A stretch of DNA of 64,000 bases from Prevotella sp. (GCA_016285245.1 JAEEQH010000013.1:12415-76414), one strand, 5' to 3'. Shown: positions 48,447 to 58,988, numbered from the stretch's first letter. Numbers and translations: made by a program. The notes: generated from the sequence alone by a model not told the origin.

Positions 48447-50072
48447 TTACTCATTACTCATTTGGGGTCCCTTTTTAATCTGCTTCAGCATGATGTTGAT
48501 CTCGACGGCGAGCATGGTGGTGAAGAGGATGAGGAAGAGGAAGAAGGTGAGGACGACGGCCGACGACTGGAGGTCGCTGACGGCCACCCATGTGGGTAGC
48601 ATATCTTGAATGGTCCAGGGCTGGCGTCCGAACTCTGCGACGAGCCATCCGCTCTCCGAGGCGATGTATGCCAGCGGCACGAGGGCGACAGCCAACCAGT
48701 AGTGCCAGGCGGGCAGTCCGGTGACACCGCTACTGTCGGCAGCTGTCTCGGGCAACAGTCCGACGGTGGCCAGCAGCCTCCGTGTGAAGATGGAGAGGAA
48801 CGGAATGTCGTAGAGCAGCACGAGCAGTAGTCCGAAGAAGAGGATGAACACGCAGCCCATGCCGACCATGACGCGGAATGCCCAGAAGTTGACGGCGATA
48901 GGTGGCACGACGTCGGCCTTGTCCTTGACATAGCCGTAGCCGAAGTAAGGCATGTTTTCGCGGAGACTCTCCAGCAGGGAGTTGAGCTTGGTCTCGTCGG
49001 CTCCCTGGATCTTAGAGAGACGGTACTCGGCGAGGGTGTTGATGGCGTCCTTGCCGCGCATGATCTTCTCGTCGACGGAGGGCTCCTGGGTGCCGTCCTC
49101 ACGGGTGTAGCCGTTCAGGATGTCGTTGATGCCGGGGACGTAACCGTTGAAGTCGTTGGTGGCCATGAACGACAGGGCGTAGGGCACCTCCAGCCCCTCG
49201 ACAATCTTCAGTCCCTGGCCTTTGCCGCCGTCGTAAAGGGCCTCCATTGCGGCGAGCTTCATGGGCTGCACGGCGGCGACGTCCTGTGCCGACTTATGGC
49301 CCGTGGCGGCAGCGAGCACGGCGGCGACGAGGCCTACGGCTGCGCCAATCTTCATGCTCTCGACGGCGAGCTTCGTCTCGCGGCGCTTCATGAGGTACCA
49401 CGCGCTGACGGCGATGCAGAACACGGCGCCGATGATCCATGCCGAGGTGACGGTGTGGAAGAACTTAGAGACGGCGAAGGGCGACAGCGCCACCTCGAGG
49501 AAGCTGACCATCTCGTTGCGCATCGTGTCGGGGTTGAACTGACAGCCTACGGGGTACTGCATCCACGCGTTGGCTACGAGTATCCACCATGCCGAGATGG
49601 TGGCGCCGAGGCCTGTGAGCCACGTCGATGCCAGGTGGAAGCCGCGTGACACCTTGTTCCACCCGAAGTACATGACGGCGACGAACGTCGACTCCATGAA
49701 GAAGGCGACGATGCCCTCGATGGCCAGCGGGGCGCCGAAGATGTCGCCGACGAACCACGAGTAGTTGGACCAGTTCGTGCCGAACTCAAATTCCAGGATG
49801 ATGCCCGTGGCCACACCCATGGCGAAGTTGATGCCGAAGAGCCGCTGCCAGAACTGCGCAGCACTCTTCCAGAAGCGAACGTCATCGCCGTCGCCCTGTC
49901 CGTTGGCGAAGGCTTTATGTTTCCTGTAATAGCGCGTCTCCACAATGCCCATGATGAGCGCCAAGCCCAGCGTCAGGGGCACGAAGAGCCAATGGTAGAT
50001 TGCCGTGAGCGCAAACTGAGCGCGCGACCAGTCAATGGTGCCGGCATCGATGGTTAACAGTAGATTTGTCAT
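48447..50072 (-). CDS. cydA: Cytochrome bd ubiquinol oxidase subunit I
   Basis: SRAQFALTAIYHWLFVPLT, EFEFGTNWS, ANAWMQYP, QPMKLAAME, EFGRQPW. Confidence 0.96.
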   Translation of the reverse strand: MTNLLLTIDAGTIDWSRAQFALTAIYHWLFVPLTLGLALIMGIVETRYYRKHKAFANGQGDGDDVRFWKSAAQFWQRLFGINFAMGVATGIILEFEFGTNWSNYSWFVGDIFGAPLAIEGIVAFFMESTFVAVMYFGWNKVSRGFHLASTWLTGLGATISAWWILVANAWMQYPVGCQFNPDTMRNEMVSFLEVALSPFAVSKFFHTVTSAWIIGAVFCIAVSAWYLMKRRETKLAVESMKIGAAVGLVAAVLAAATGHKSAQDVAAVQPMKLAAMEALYDGGKGQGLKIVEGLEVPYALSFMATNDFNGYVPGINDILNGYTREDGTQEPSVDEKIMRGKDAINTLAEYRLSKIQGADETKLNSLLESLRENMPYFGYGYVKDKADVVPPIAVNFWAFRVMVGMGCVFILFFGLLLVLLYDIPFLSIFTRRLLATVGLLPETAADSSGVTGLPAWHYWLAVALVPLAYIASESGWLVAEFGRQPWTIQDMLPTWVAVSDLQSSAVVLTFFLFLILFTTMLAVEINIMLKQIKKGPQMSNE

Positions 50073-50073
50073 A

Positions 50074-50289
50074 TTATTTTGGATTTAAGATTTGTGTCGC
50101 CACATAGCCCGCCTCGTCGCCTCCGGCATGGGTCTTCAGGAAGTCGGGGAAGAAGAACAGCTTCAGCACGGCGAAGATGATGACCAGCTTGATGAGGATG
50201 ATGGCCCAGAGCGTGCGTCCGAGCGTCATCTGCCTGAAACCGTCATAATAGAGATGAAAGGTCCGCCAGAGGAAATTGTCCTTTTTCAT
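50074..50289 (-). CDS. DUF4492-like small membrane protein upstream of cydA
   Basis: LYYDGFRQMTLGRTLWAIILIKL...LKLFFFPDFL; stop codon adjoins the cydA start. Confidence 0.8.
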   Translation of the reverse strand: MKKDNFLWRTFHLYYDGFRQMTLGRTLWAIILIKLVIIFAVLKLFFFPDFLKTHAGGDEAGYVATQILNPK

Positions 50290-50415
50290 AGAATATTAGG
50301 CTTTTAGTTCGGCAAAAATAGCAAAAAATGTTGAACCTTCCAAATATTTTGCTAAATTTGTCAACTGTTAGTGAAAAAAATCCTACCTTTGCAATCAATT
50401 CAAAACATTCACGTG

Positions 50416-51288
50416 ATGAAAAAATCCATACTGATACCCCTGATTGTGGTCATCCTCGCACTCATCGGCGGCGTGGCCTACCTCTTCATGAACCTCCAGC
50501 AGCAGCGTCAGGAGAACCGTGACATGCAGGAGCTGGCCGAGCTCGACAAGAAGGAGATGGAGAACGAGTACGAACGCTTCGCCCTGCAGTACAGCGAGAT
50601 GAAGACCCAGATCAACAACGACTCCATCATCGCCCAGCTTACCGAGGAGCAGCTGAAGACCCAGCGACTGCTCGAGGAGCTGAAGCAGGTGAAGGCCAAC
50701 GATGCCCGCGAGATTACCCGTCTGAAGAAGGAGCTGGCCACGGTGCGTGCCGTGCTGCGCGACTATGTCATGCAGATTGACTCGCTGAACCGTCAGAACG
50801 AGCGTCTGCAGGCTGAGAACACCCGTGTGAAGGAGGAGCTCTCGAACCGCGAGTCGCAGATTGCCGGACTGAGCAGCGAGAAGGCGTCGCTCTCTGAGAA
50901 GGTGGCCATCGCCGCCCAGCTCGACGCCACGAACATCCAGCTGCAGCTCATCAATAAGCGCGACAAACCGTCGAAGAAGGTCAAGGACGCGAAGACCATC
51001 CAGTGTAACTTCGCCATCACGCGCAACGTCACCGCCGCCAACGGTAACCGCACCGTCTACGTGCGCATCCAGAACCCTGGCGGCAACACACTCAAGGGCG
51101 GCGGCACCTTCAACTACGAGAACCGCACGCTGGACTACACCATGAAGAAGAACGTGGAGTATACGGGCGAGGAGACGCAGGTGACGACCTACTGGACTGT
51201 GTCGCAGATGCTCGAGGCGGGCAGCTACCGTGTCAGCATCTTCGTCGACGGCAACATGATCGGGTCGCGTACCTTTACGTTCGAGTAA
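50416..51288 (+). CDS. Membrane-anchored coiled-coil protein with C-terminal beta-sandwich domain
   Basis: N-terminal TM segment, long heptad-rich region, Ig-like C-terminus (GSYRVSIFVDGNMIG). ATG 50416 lies downstream of a TACCTTTG promoter. Confidence 0.8.
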   Translation: MKKSILIPLIVVILALIGGVAYLFMNLQQQRQENRDMQELAELDKKEMENEYERFALQYSEMKTQINNDSIIAQLTEEQLKTQRLLEELKQVKANDAREITRLKKELATVRAVLRDYVMQIDSLNRQNERLQAENTRVKEELSNRESQIAGLSSEKASLSEKVAIAAQLDATNIQLQLINKRDKPSKKVKDAKTIQCNFAITRNVTAANGNRTVYVRIQNPGGNTLKGGGTFNYENRTLDYTMKKNVEYTGEETQVTTYWTVSQMLEAGSYRVSIFVDGNMIGSRTFTFE

Positions 51289-51306
51289 AGAAGAAAATCC
51301 AAGCAT

Positions 51307-52827
51307 ATGAAAAGGAGAAATCTGCTTTTTTACCTTTTTACACTTCTGCCTTTTTCGGTAGGCGCCCAGCGTCTGCTGACGCTTGACAGTTGCCGGGCCA
51401 TGGCCCTGCGCAATAACAAGCAGCTGACGGTATCGAAGGTGAAGCAGGACATTGCGGCCAACATCCGCAAGTCGGCACGCACGAAGTACCTGCCCCACGT
51501 CAGCGCCATCGGCTCCTACGAGCATACCTCCGAGGAGGTGTCCATCCTCAACGACGGACAGAAGACGTCGCTGGGCAACCTCGGCACCACCGCCGTCGGC
51601 GCCCTGCAGCCCGCCATGTCGGGACTGGGCGCGAAACTCGGCGATGTCGGCGCCCTGCTTGGACAGCTGGGTGTACCTGCAGAGGCATTCCAGCAGATGT
51701 CGGGCGAACTGTCGCAGCAGATGGGGCAGAGTATGCAGCAGCTGGGCGTCGGACTGAACCAGGAGGGCCAGAAGATTGTCGACGCCTTCCGTACCGACAC
51801 CCGCAACATCTGGGCAGGCTCCATCCTGCTCACACAGCCCATCTTCATGGGTGGTGCCATCACAGCCGTCAACCGCATGGCCGACGTCAACGAACGGATG
51901 CAGCGTAACTCTGCAGACGTCCGCGAGCAGAGCACACTCTACCAGGTGGAGCAGTCCTACTGGCAGGTGGTCTCGCTGAAGCACAAGCAACGGCTGGCCG
52001 AGGCATACCTCGAGCTGGTGAAGAAGCTCGACGGCGATGTCCAGAAGATGATAGAAGAAGGCGTTGCCACGCGGAGCGACGGCTTGACCGTCGACGTGAA
52101 GGTCAACGAGGCCGAGATGGCGCTGACGCGTGTCAACGACGGCGTGGTGTTGTCGAAGATGCTTCTCTGCCAGACCATCGGACTGCCTGTGAACGAGCAG
52201 GTGACGCTGGCCGACGAGGCGTCCGAGAACGTGGCCGTTGTCACCCTGACGCCACAGCCCGACGTCGAGACCGCTGTCGGCAACCGTCCTGAGCTGCGCC
52301 TGTTGCAGGATGCCATCGACGTGAGCCGCGAGGCCACCCATCTGCTGAAGGCCGGCAACCTGCCGCAGGTGGCGCTGACGGGCGGCTATGCCGTCTCGAA
52401 CCCCAACGTGCTGAACGGCTTCGAGAAGAAGTTCGCCGGCTTCTGGCACGTCGGACTTCTCATGCGCGTTCCTATATGGAATTGGGGCGACGTCAGATAC
52501 AAGGTGCGGGCCTCGAAGGGTGCCACCACCATCGCCTCGCTGGAGTACGACGAGGCTCGCGAGAAGATTGAACTGCAGGTGAACCAGGTGACCTACAAGG
52601 TCGACGAGGCCAACAAGCGGCTGACGCTGGCGCAGTCGAGTGTCGCCCGTGCCGACGAGAACCTCCGCATAGCCAACCTCGGATTCCAGGAGGGTGTCAT
52701 CACCCCCACCGCCGTCATGGAAGCGCAGACGGCGTGGCTGCAGGCGCAGTCGCAGAAAATCGATGCCGAGATAGAGGTCAAGCTCAGTCAGGTAGAACTG
52801 CAAAAAGCCCTCGGAACGCTGAGATAA
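51307..52827 (+). CDS. TolC family outer membrane efflux protein
   Basis: LTLDSCRAMALRNN, LTQPIFMGG, RPEL, VPIWNWG, C-terminal LQKALG. Confidence 0.9.
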   Translation: MKRRNLLFYLFTLLPFSVGAQRLLTLDSCRAMALRNNKQLTVSKVKQDIAANIRKSARTKYLPHVSAIGSYEHTSEEVSILNDGQKTSLGNLGTTAVGALQPAMSGLGAKLGDVGALLGQLGVPAEAFQQMSGELSQQMGQSMQQLGVGLNQEGQKIVDAFRTDTRNIWAGSILLTQPIFMGGAITAVNRMADVNERMQRNSADVREQSTLYQVEQSYWQVVSLKHKQRLAEAYLELVKKLDGDVQKMIEEGVATRSDGLTVDVKVNEAEMALTRVNDGVVLSKMLLCQTIGLPVNEQVTLADEASENVAVVTLTPQPDVETAVGNRPELRLLQDAIDVSREATHLLKAGNLPQVALTGGYAVSNPNVLNGFEKKFAGFWHVGLLMRVPIWNWGDVRYKVRASKGATTIASLEYDEAREKIELQVNQVTYKVDEANKRLTLAQSSVARADENLRIANLGFQEGVITPTAVMEAQTAWLQAQSQKIDAEIEVKLSQVELQKALGTLR

Positions 52828-52838
52828 GAGATAATAGA

Positions 52839-52937
52839 TATCGCTTCGCGATAAAGCATTAAGCATTGAGCATTAAGCATTAAGCATTAAGCATTAAGCA
52901 TTAAGCATTAAGAATTAAGAATTAAGCATTAAGCATT
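52839..52937. repeat. 12-copy heptamer array (AAGCATT) preceded by a TATCGC-TTC-GCGATA hairpin
   Basis: Units at 52854-52937 (AAGCATT x9, GAGCATT x1, AAGAATT x2); hairpin at 52839-52853. Confidence 0.92.
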
Positions 52938-52943
52938 GAAGAT

Positions 52944-53927
52944 ATGTCCGCAAAAAGTCAACATAAGAACATCCTGATTGCTGTCGCCGGATTCGTGGCA
53001 GTCGTCATCATCGTTGCCGTCATCGGCATCCTCGCACTCGACCGTGATCCCGATATCATCCAGGGCCAGGTGGAGGTCAGCGAATATCGTGTATCGAGCA
53101 AGGTGCCCGGACGCATCCTCGAAATCCGTGTCAAGGAGGGCGACTTCGTCAAGGCTGGCGATACGCTGGCCATCATTGATGCCCCTGAGGTGCGTGCGAA
53201 GATGGAACAGGCACGGGGCGCCGAGGCAGCAGCATCGGCCGTCGAGCTGAAAGCCCAGAACGGGGCACGGCAGGAGCAGATACAGGGTGCCTACCAGGTG
53301 CTGCAGCAGGCCAAGGCCGGTCTCGACATTGCCGAGAAGTCTTACAACCGCGTGCAACGCCTCTACGACGAGGGTGTGATGAGTGCCCAGAAGCGCGACG
53401 AGGCCTTTGCCAACTACAAGGCCATGGAGGCCCAGATGAAGACTGCGCAGAGCCAGTACGACATGGCCGTCAACGGTGCCCGCCGCGAGGACAAGCTGGC
53501 TGCACAGGCACAGACGGCCCGTGCCCGTGGTGCCGTCCAGGAGGTCAGTAGCTACATCCACGAGACGGTGCAGACGGCCCAGAAGGACGGCGAGGTGAGC
53601 AACATCTATCCCGAGGTTGGCGAGCTCGTCGGCACGGGATCGCCCATCATGTCCATCTCCGTCATGGACGATCTCTGGGGCACGTTCAACATCCGCGAGG
53701 ACCGTCTCGAGGGGCTGAAGGTGGGCTCCGAGTTCACCGCCTTCGTTCCCGCGTTCAACAAGGACATCAAGATGCGCGTCTACTACATCAAGGACCAGGG
53801 CTCCTATGCTGTCTGGAAGGCCACGAAAGCCAACGGCCAGTACGACCTGAAGACCTTCGAGGTGAAAGCTCGTCCCGTTGACAAGCTCGACGGTCTGCGC
53901 CCCGGCATGTCGCTGGTGATCAAGTAG
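52944..53927 (+). CDS. HlyD family periplasmic adaptor
   Basis: N-terminal TM, VSSKVPGRI..VKEGDFVKAGD lipoyl motif, alpha-hairpin, LRPGMS. Confidence 0.9.
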   Translation: MSAKSQHKNILIAVAGFVAVVIIVAVIGILALDRDPDIIQGQVEVSEYRVSSKVPGRILEIRVKEGDFVKAGDTLAIIDAPEVRAKMEQARGAEAAASAVELKAQNGARQEQIQGAYQVLQQAKAGLDIAEKSYNRVQRLYDEGVMSAQKRDEAFANYKAMEAQMKTAQSQYDMAVNGARREDKLAAQAQTARARGAVQEVSSYIHETVQTAQKDGEVSNIYPEVGELVGTGSPIMSISVMDDLWGTFNIREDRLEGLKVGSEFTAFVPAFNKDIKMRVYYIKDQGSYAVWKATKANGQYDLKTFEVKARPVDKLDGLRPGMSLVIK

Positions 53928-54017
53928 AATTGAAAAATTGAAGAATTGAAAAATTGAAGTTTTTTGAAGAACGAGGATAGTTTTTCGAAGAGCATTAAGC
54001 ATTGAGCATTAAGCATT

Positions 54018-55187
54018 TTGAAGTACCTGAGGCTGATATGGAACGTGGCGAAGCGTGAGTGCAAGATTCTCTACAAGAATCCCATCTACGGCTTCTGCAT
54101 GGTGATCTTCCCGCTGGTGGCCCTGCTGTTCTTTACCTCGATGATGGACGAGGGACTGCCCGAGGATATGCCCGTGGGCATCGTCGACCTCGACAATACC
54201 TCGATGTCGCGTGCCCTCGTGCGCCGTCTCGATGCCTTCCAGAACTCCCGCGTCGTCGACAGCTACACGTCGGTAGCCGAGGCACGGCGCGCCATCCAGG
54301 AGAACCGCATATACGCCTTCCTCTACATTCCCAAGGGTACCACCGCCCAGCTGCTTGCCTCGCGGCGTCCCAAGGTGTCGTACTACTACTCGCTGACATC
54401 GCTCACCGGCGGCTCGCTGCTGATGAAGGACCTGAAGACCATCGCCACGCTCGGCTCGGCAGGGGTGGGGCAGGGCGTCCTCAGCGCTCGCGGTCTCACC
54501 GACAAGCAGATAGAGACATTCCTGCAACCCATACGCCTCGACGTGCACCAGATAGCCAATCCCTGGTCCAACTACAACATCTACCTCTCGGCCGTCTTCG
54601 TGCCGGGCATCATGATGCTCTTCATGTTCCTCATAGCAGCCTACTCGCTGGGTATGGAGCTGAAGTTCAACCGCGGCAAGGAGTGGATTGATGTGGCCGA
54701 CGGCAACATCATCGTGGCCATCTTCGGCAAGTTCCTGCCGCAGGCGCTCGTCTTCCTGGCGCTCATCTTCGCCTACGAGTACTACATCTACGAGGTGTTG
54801 CAGTTCCCCAGGCTGGGTAGCGTCCTGATGGTCGTCCTGCTCGCCGTGCTCCAGGTGTTCGCCTCCATCGGCTTCGGCATCTTCGCCTTCGGACTGACCC
54901 CCTCGCTGCGAATGTCGATGAGCATCTGCTCGCTGTGGGCCATGCTCGGATTCTCACTGGCCGGCTCAGCCTTCCCCGTCATGGGCATGGACGAGCCCAT
55001 CCAGGCGCTGTCGTGGCTCTTCCCCCTGCGCCACTACTATATGCTCTACCAGATCACCGTCTTCAACGGCTACCCGCTCATCGACGCCTGGTTCCACCTC
55101 GTGGGACTCGTCGCCTTCACGCTGCTGCCGTGGTTTGTGCTACGTAAGATTAAAAACGCGATGCTCACCTATGTCTACATTCCCTAA
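54018..55187 (+). CDS. ABC-2 type exporter permease (YbhS/YbhR-like)
   Basis: TM1, periplasmic PVGIVDLDN domain, five further TMs, FPLRHY. The TTG start is uncertain. Confidence 0.85.
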   Translation: MKYLRLIWNVAKRECKILYKNPIYGFCMVIFPLVALLFFTSMMDEGLPEDMPVGIVDLDNTSMSRALVRRLDAFQNSRVVDSYTSVAEARRAIQENRIYAFLYIPKGTTAQLLASRRPKVSYYYSLTSLTGGSLLMKDLKTIATLGSAGVGQGVLSARGLTDKQIETFLQPIRLDVHQIANPWSNYNIYLSAVFVPGIMMLFMFLIAAYSLGMELKFNRGKEWIDVADGNIIVAIFGKFLPQALVFLALIFAYEYYIYEVLQFPRLGSVLMVVLLAVLQVFASIGFGIFAFGLTPSLRMSMSICSLWAMLGFSLAGSAFPVMGMDEPIQALSWLFPLRHYYMLYQITVFNGYPLIDAWFHLVGLVAFTLLPWFVLRKIKNAMLTYVYIP

Positions 55188-56427
55188 ACTACAAGACATC
55201 GCCTACGTATGGCGAGAGGAGATGAAGCAGGTGTTCCGCGACGAGGGCGTGCTCATCTTCTTCATCATCGTGCCGTTGCTCTACCCGCTGCTCTACTCGT
55301 GGGTGTACAACAACGAGACCATCCGCGAGGTGCCCGTTGTCGTCATCGACCAGTCACACTCACACCTCTCCCGCCAGTTCATCCGGATGTGCGACGCCTC
55401 GCCCGACGTCCATGTGGCCTACTATGCTGAGGACATCGACGACGCACAGTCACTTGTCAGCCGACAGATTGTCAAGGGCATCTACCTCATACCCGAGGAC
55501 TTCGACACGCGCATCAACCGCATGGAGCAGGCCACCGTCAGCGTCTACTGCGACATGGCCCTCATGCTCACCTACAAGGCGGTGTTCCAGACGGCGATGG
55601 CCGTCAGCCAGCAGATGGGCGCCCAGCTGCAGGCACGCCTCTCGGGCAGCATCACCACCCGCGATGAGCTCATCGCCACACAGCCCCTCGACTACGAGGA
55701 CGTCCCCATCTTCAACCCCACGGGCGGCTACGGCACGTCCATCCTGCCCGCCGTGCTCATCCTCATCCTCCAGCAGACGCTTGTCCTCGGCATCGGACTG
55801 GCTGCGGGTACCGTCCGCGAGCGCAACCGCTACGGCGACCTCGTGCCCATCCACAAGTGCTACAGCAGCGTGTCGCGCATCGTCATCGGCAAGTCGCTAT
55901 GCTACCTCATGGTCTACGCCGTCGTCGCCGCATGGCTCACCCTCGCCGTACCCCATCTGTTCCACTTCCTACAGCTCGCCTCGCCCGGCGCCCTGCTGCT
56001 TTTGATGATTCCCTACCTCCTGGCGTGCGTCTTCTTCGGCATGGCGGTATCGTGTCTCGTGCGCTACCGCGAGAACGTCATGCTGCTCATGGTGTTCGTA
56101 TCGCTGCCCTTGCTCTTCATGACCGGCATCTCCTGGCCGCAGTCCAACATCCCCGCCGCCTGGCAGGGCGTCTCCTGGCTCTTCCCCAGCACCTTTGGCG
56201 CACGCGCCTATATCCGGCTGAACAGCATGGGGGCCACCGTCAGCGACGTGCTGCCCGAGCTCCGGTACCTCTGGATACAGGCCGCCGCCTACTTCGGCCT
56301 CACCTGCCTGGTCTACGGCCATCAGCTCCGGCAGTCCTACCGCCACGTCCACGAACGTCTCGACCAGCTCTGCAAGAAGCGCGAGGTGCGCCACCAACTT
56401 GCCGCCCGCAAGCAGTCTCTTTGTTAA
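55171..56427 (+). CDS. ABC-2 type exporter permease, second subunit
   Basis: VWREEMKQVFRDEG, VPVVVIDQS, FNPTGGY, GISWP; ATG 55171 overlaps the previous gene end. Confidence 0.85.
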   Translation: MSTFPKLQDIAYVWREEMKQVFRDEGVLIFFIIVPLLYPLLYSWVYNNETIREVPVVVIDQSHSHLSRQFIRMCDASPDVHVAYYAEDIDDAQSLVSRQIVKGIYLIPEDFDTRINRMEQATVSVYCDMALMLTYKAVFQTAMAVSQQMGAQLQARLSGSITTRDELIATQPLDYEDVPIFNPTGGYGTSILPAVLILILQQTLVLGIGLAAGTVRERNRYGDLVPIHKCYSSVSRIVIGKSLCYLMVYAVVAAWLTLAVPHLFHFLQLASPGALLLLMIPYLLACVFFGMAVSCLVRYRENVMLLMVFVSLPLLFMTGISWPQSNIPAAWQGVSWLFPSTFGARAYIRLNSMGATVSDVLPELRYLWIQAAAYFGLTCLVYGHQLRQSYRHVHERLDQLCKKREVRHQLAARKQSLC

Positions 56428-56517
56428 AAAAAGAAAAAACGAAGTGGTGTTCGGGATATTTTGCCTATCTTTGCAAAAATAACTGAAAACCTTATGAAAC
56501 AATCACTTCTTGACACT

Positions 56518-56790
56518 ATGAAGAAATATATCCTGATGACTGTTGTCGTCGCCGTGGCTCTGATGCTCGGTGGTTGCAAGCGCAACTACCAGGTGAACTA
56601 TTCGCACGTGCCTGTCGACACGCTCCAGCATAACGACCTCGACACCGTGGTGGACATCTACGAGGAACCGCTCTACGACGTCCCCGACGCTCCCGGCGAG
56701 ATCACCGTCGGCGAAATCATGAGCAAGGATACCCGTCAGGCTGGCCGCGACGCCGAGAAACTGTTCAGCGGCGAACCAATGGACGATTAG
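56518..56790 (+). CDS. Small lipoprotein
   Basis: MKKYILMTVVVAVALMLGG-C lipobox; TATCTTTG promoter upstream near 56466-56473. Confidence 0.7.
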   Translation: MKKYILMTVVVAVALMLGGCKRNYQVNYSHVPVDTLQHNDLDTVVDIYEEPLYDVPDAPGEITVGEIMSKDTRQAGRDAEKLFSGEPMDD

Positions 56791-56828
56791 ACGCAAGAAA
56801 GTGTGTCAACATACAAGATTTATATAAC

Positions 56829-56907
56829 AACCACGAATTTCACGAATTAAACGAAGGTCTATCCTCAAATTATCAATTAATTCGTTTAATTCGTGAAATT
56901 CGTGGTT
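56829..56907. repeat. Perfect 27-bp inverted repeat with arms of three 9-mers (CACGAATT core)
   Basis: AACCACGAATTTCACGAATTAAACGAA (56829-56855) and its reverse complement (56881-56907), preceded by TATATA. Confidence 0.92.
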
Positions 56908-56927
56908 TAAGTGACTTGAGTTACTAA

Positions 56928-58988
56928 TTACTTGATCATGTCAATCGAGCGCTTCAGGAAGCGGTCGAGGGCTTCGCCCTTCAGCAGACCGTTCTGGAGC
57001 AGCGCCAGGTCGATGAGCTGGTGCACGAGGTCGCTCTTCGAGGCGTAGTCGCTCAGCAGCTGCTGCTTCTTCGACTTCTGCTCGTCGATGGCCTTCTGCG
57101 TGGCCTCCTTGTCGTCCTTCTGCTCCTGCGTCACCTCCTCGGGCTTCTTGCCCTCAGTCTGCTGGTTCAGCGCGGCCAGACGGGCGTTCAGGCCCTTCAG
57201 CTCGCTCTCTATGGGCTGCAGGTCGGCGGTCAGCTCGTTGTTAACGCCCGACAGCACCTCCTTCACCAGACGGTGGTCGCTGTTCAGCACGAGGTTGAAG
57301 GCGTCGGGCATCTGACCGTAGAAGTTCATGCCCTGCTGGTAGCGGCTCATCTCCTTCATACGGCGCATCCACTCGTTCTGCGTGATGACCACCGGTGCCT
57401 GGTCCTCGCCAAGGGCGCTCACCTGGACCATGTATTCCGTCTTCTCGGTCTTCGGCATCTGCGACGTGAAGACGGCTGACAAATTGTCACGTTCATCGTC
57501 TGCCAGCGTGCTCTCAGGGGCGTCGGCTTTCTGGATGAGACGGTCTATGGTGTCGCCGTCGACGCGCACGAAGCGGCTCTTCTCGAACTTCTGCTCAAGC
57601 GTCTGCAGCGTGGGAACGTCCAGCTGGCCGTCGAGCAGCAGCACACTGTAGCCCTTGTCCTGGGCGGCCTTGATGTAGGAGTACTGCTCCTCCTTGTCCG
57701 TGGTGTACAGGTACACCAGCTGGTCGTCCTTGTCCTTCTGCGACGCCTCGATGAGCGTCTTGTACTCGTCGAAGGTGAAGTACTTCCCCTCCGTGTCCTT
57801 CAGCAGGGCGAAGTCCTTCGCGCGGTCGTAGAAGCCCTCCTCGGTCAGTATGCCGTAGTTGATGAACAGCTTCAGCGAGTCCCACTTCTCCTCGTACTGC
57901 TTGCGGTCCTCGTTGAACAGCGCCTTCAGGCGGTCGCTCACCTTCTTTGTGATATAGGTAGATATCTTCTTCACCTCGCGGTCGCTCTGCAGGTAGCTGC
58001 GGCTGACGTTCAGCGGGATGTCAGGCGAGTCGATGACGCCGTGGAGCAGCGTCAGGAACTCCGGGACGATGCCCTCCACCTGGTCCGTGACGAACACCTG
58101 GTTGCAGTACAGCTGGATCTTGTTCTTCTGCAGCTCGATGGCGTTCTTCACGCGGGGGAAGTAGAGGATGCCCGTGAGGTTGAACGGGTAGTCCACGTTC
58201 AGGTGAATCCAGAACAGCGGCTCGTCGCTCATCGGGTACAGCGTGCGGTAGAACGACAGGTAGTCCTCGTCCTTCAGCGTCGACGGCTGCTTCGTCCACA
58301 GCGGCTCCACGTTGTTGATGATGTTGTCCTCGGCCGTGTCAACCATCTTCTTCTCCTCGCTCGACCACTCCTGCTTCTTGCCGAAGGCCACGGGCACGGC
58401 CAGGAACTTGCAGTACTTGTTCAGAAGCTGCTCGATGCGGCCTTTCTCCAGGAACTCCTTGCAGTCGTCATCGATGTAGAGGATGATGTCCGAGCCACGG
58501 TCCTCGCGCTCAGCGTCGTCAATCTCGTAGGCTGGCGAGCCGTCGCACGTCCACCTCACGGCCTGGGCGCCGTCGCGGTACGACTTCGTGACAATCTCCA
58601 CCTTCTTCGACACCATGAACGACGAGTAGAAACCCAGTCCGAAGTGGCCGATGATGGCGTTCGCGCTGTCCTTGTACTTCTCCAGGAAGTCCGTGACGCC
58701 CGAGAAGGCAATCTGGTTGATGTACTTGTCGATCTCCTCGGCCGTCATGCCGATGCCGCGGTCGCTGATGGTGATCGTACCCTTCTCGGCATCCACGCTG
58801 ACGCGTACCGTGAGGTCGCCCAGCTCGCCCTTGAACTCGCCCTGCTGCTGCAGCGTCTTCAGCTTCTGCGTGGCGTCGACGGCGTTGCTCACCATCTCGC
58901 GCAGGAAAATCTCATGGTCTGAGTAGAGAAACTTTTTGATGACGGGGAAGATGTTCTCGGTCGTAACCCCGATGTTACCTTTTTGCAT
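56928..58988 (-). CDS. htpG: Hsp90 chaperone HtpG
   Basis: LYSDHEIFLREMVSNAVDA, DRGIGM, IGHFGLGFYS, IPLNVSRSYLQ. Confidence 0.97.
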   Translation of the reverse strand: MQKGNIGVTTENIFPVIKKFLYSDHEIFLREMVSNAVDATQKLKTLQQQGEFKGELGDLTVRVSVDAEKGTITISDRGIGMTAEEIDKYINQIAFSGVTDFLEKYKDSANAIIGHFGLGFYSSFMVSKKVEIVTKSYRDGAQAVRWTCDGSPAYEIDDAEREDRGSDIILYIDDDCKEFLEKGRIEQLLNKYCKFLAVPVAFGKKQEWSSEEKKMVDTAEDNIINNVEPLWTKQPSTLKDEDYLSFYRTLYPMSDEPLFWIHLNVDYPFNLTGILYFPRVKNAIELQKNKIQLYCNQVFVTDQVEGIVPEFLTLLHGVIDSPDIPLNVSRSYLQSDREVKKISTYITKKVSDRLKALFNEDRKQYEEKWDSLKLFINYGILTEEGFYDRAKDFALLKDTEGKYFTFDEYKTLIEASQKDKDDQLVYLYTTDKEEQYSYIKAAQDKGYSVLLLDGQLDVPTLQTLEQKFEKSRFVRVDGDTIDRLIQKADAPESTLADDERDNLSAVFTSQMPKTEKTEYMVQVSALGEDQAPVVITQNEWMRRMKEMSRYQQGMNFYGQMPDAFNLVLNSDHRLVKEVLSGVNNELTADLQPIESELKGLNARLAALNQQTEGKKPEEVTQEQKDDKEATQKAIDEQKSKKQQLLSDYASKSDLVHQLIDLALLQNGLLKGEALDRFLKRSIDMIK

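Noticed and set aside
50395-52866. 823-aa minus-strand ORF and other long antisense ORFs (6361-8220, 17918-20176, 42175-43842, 44173-46761)
   Set aside because: Shadow frames opposite well-supported genes, expected from strong GC3 codon bias; no recognisable motifs.
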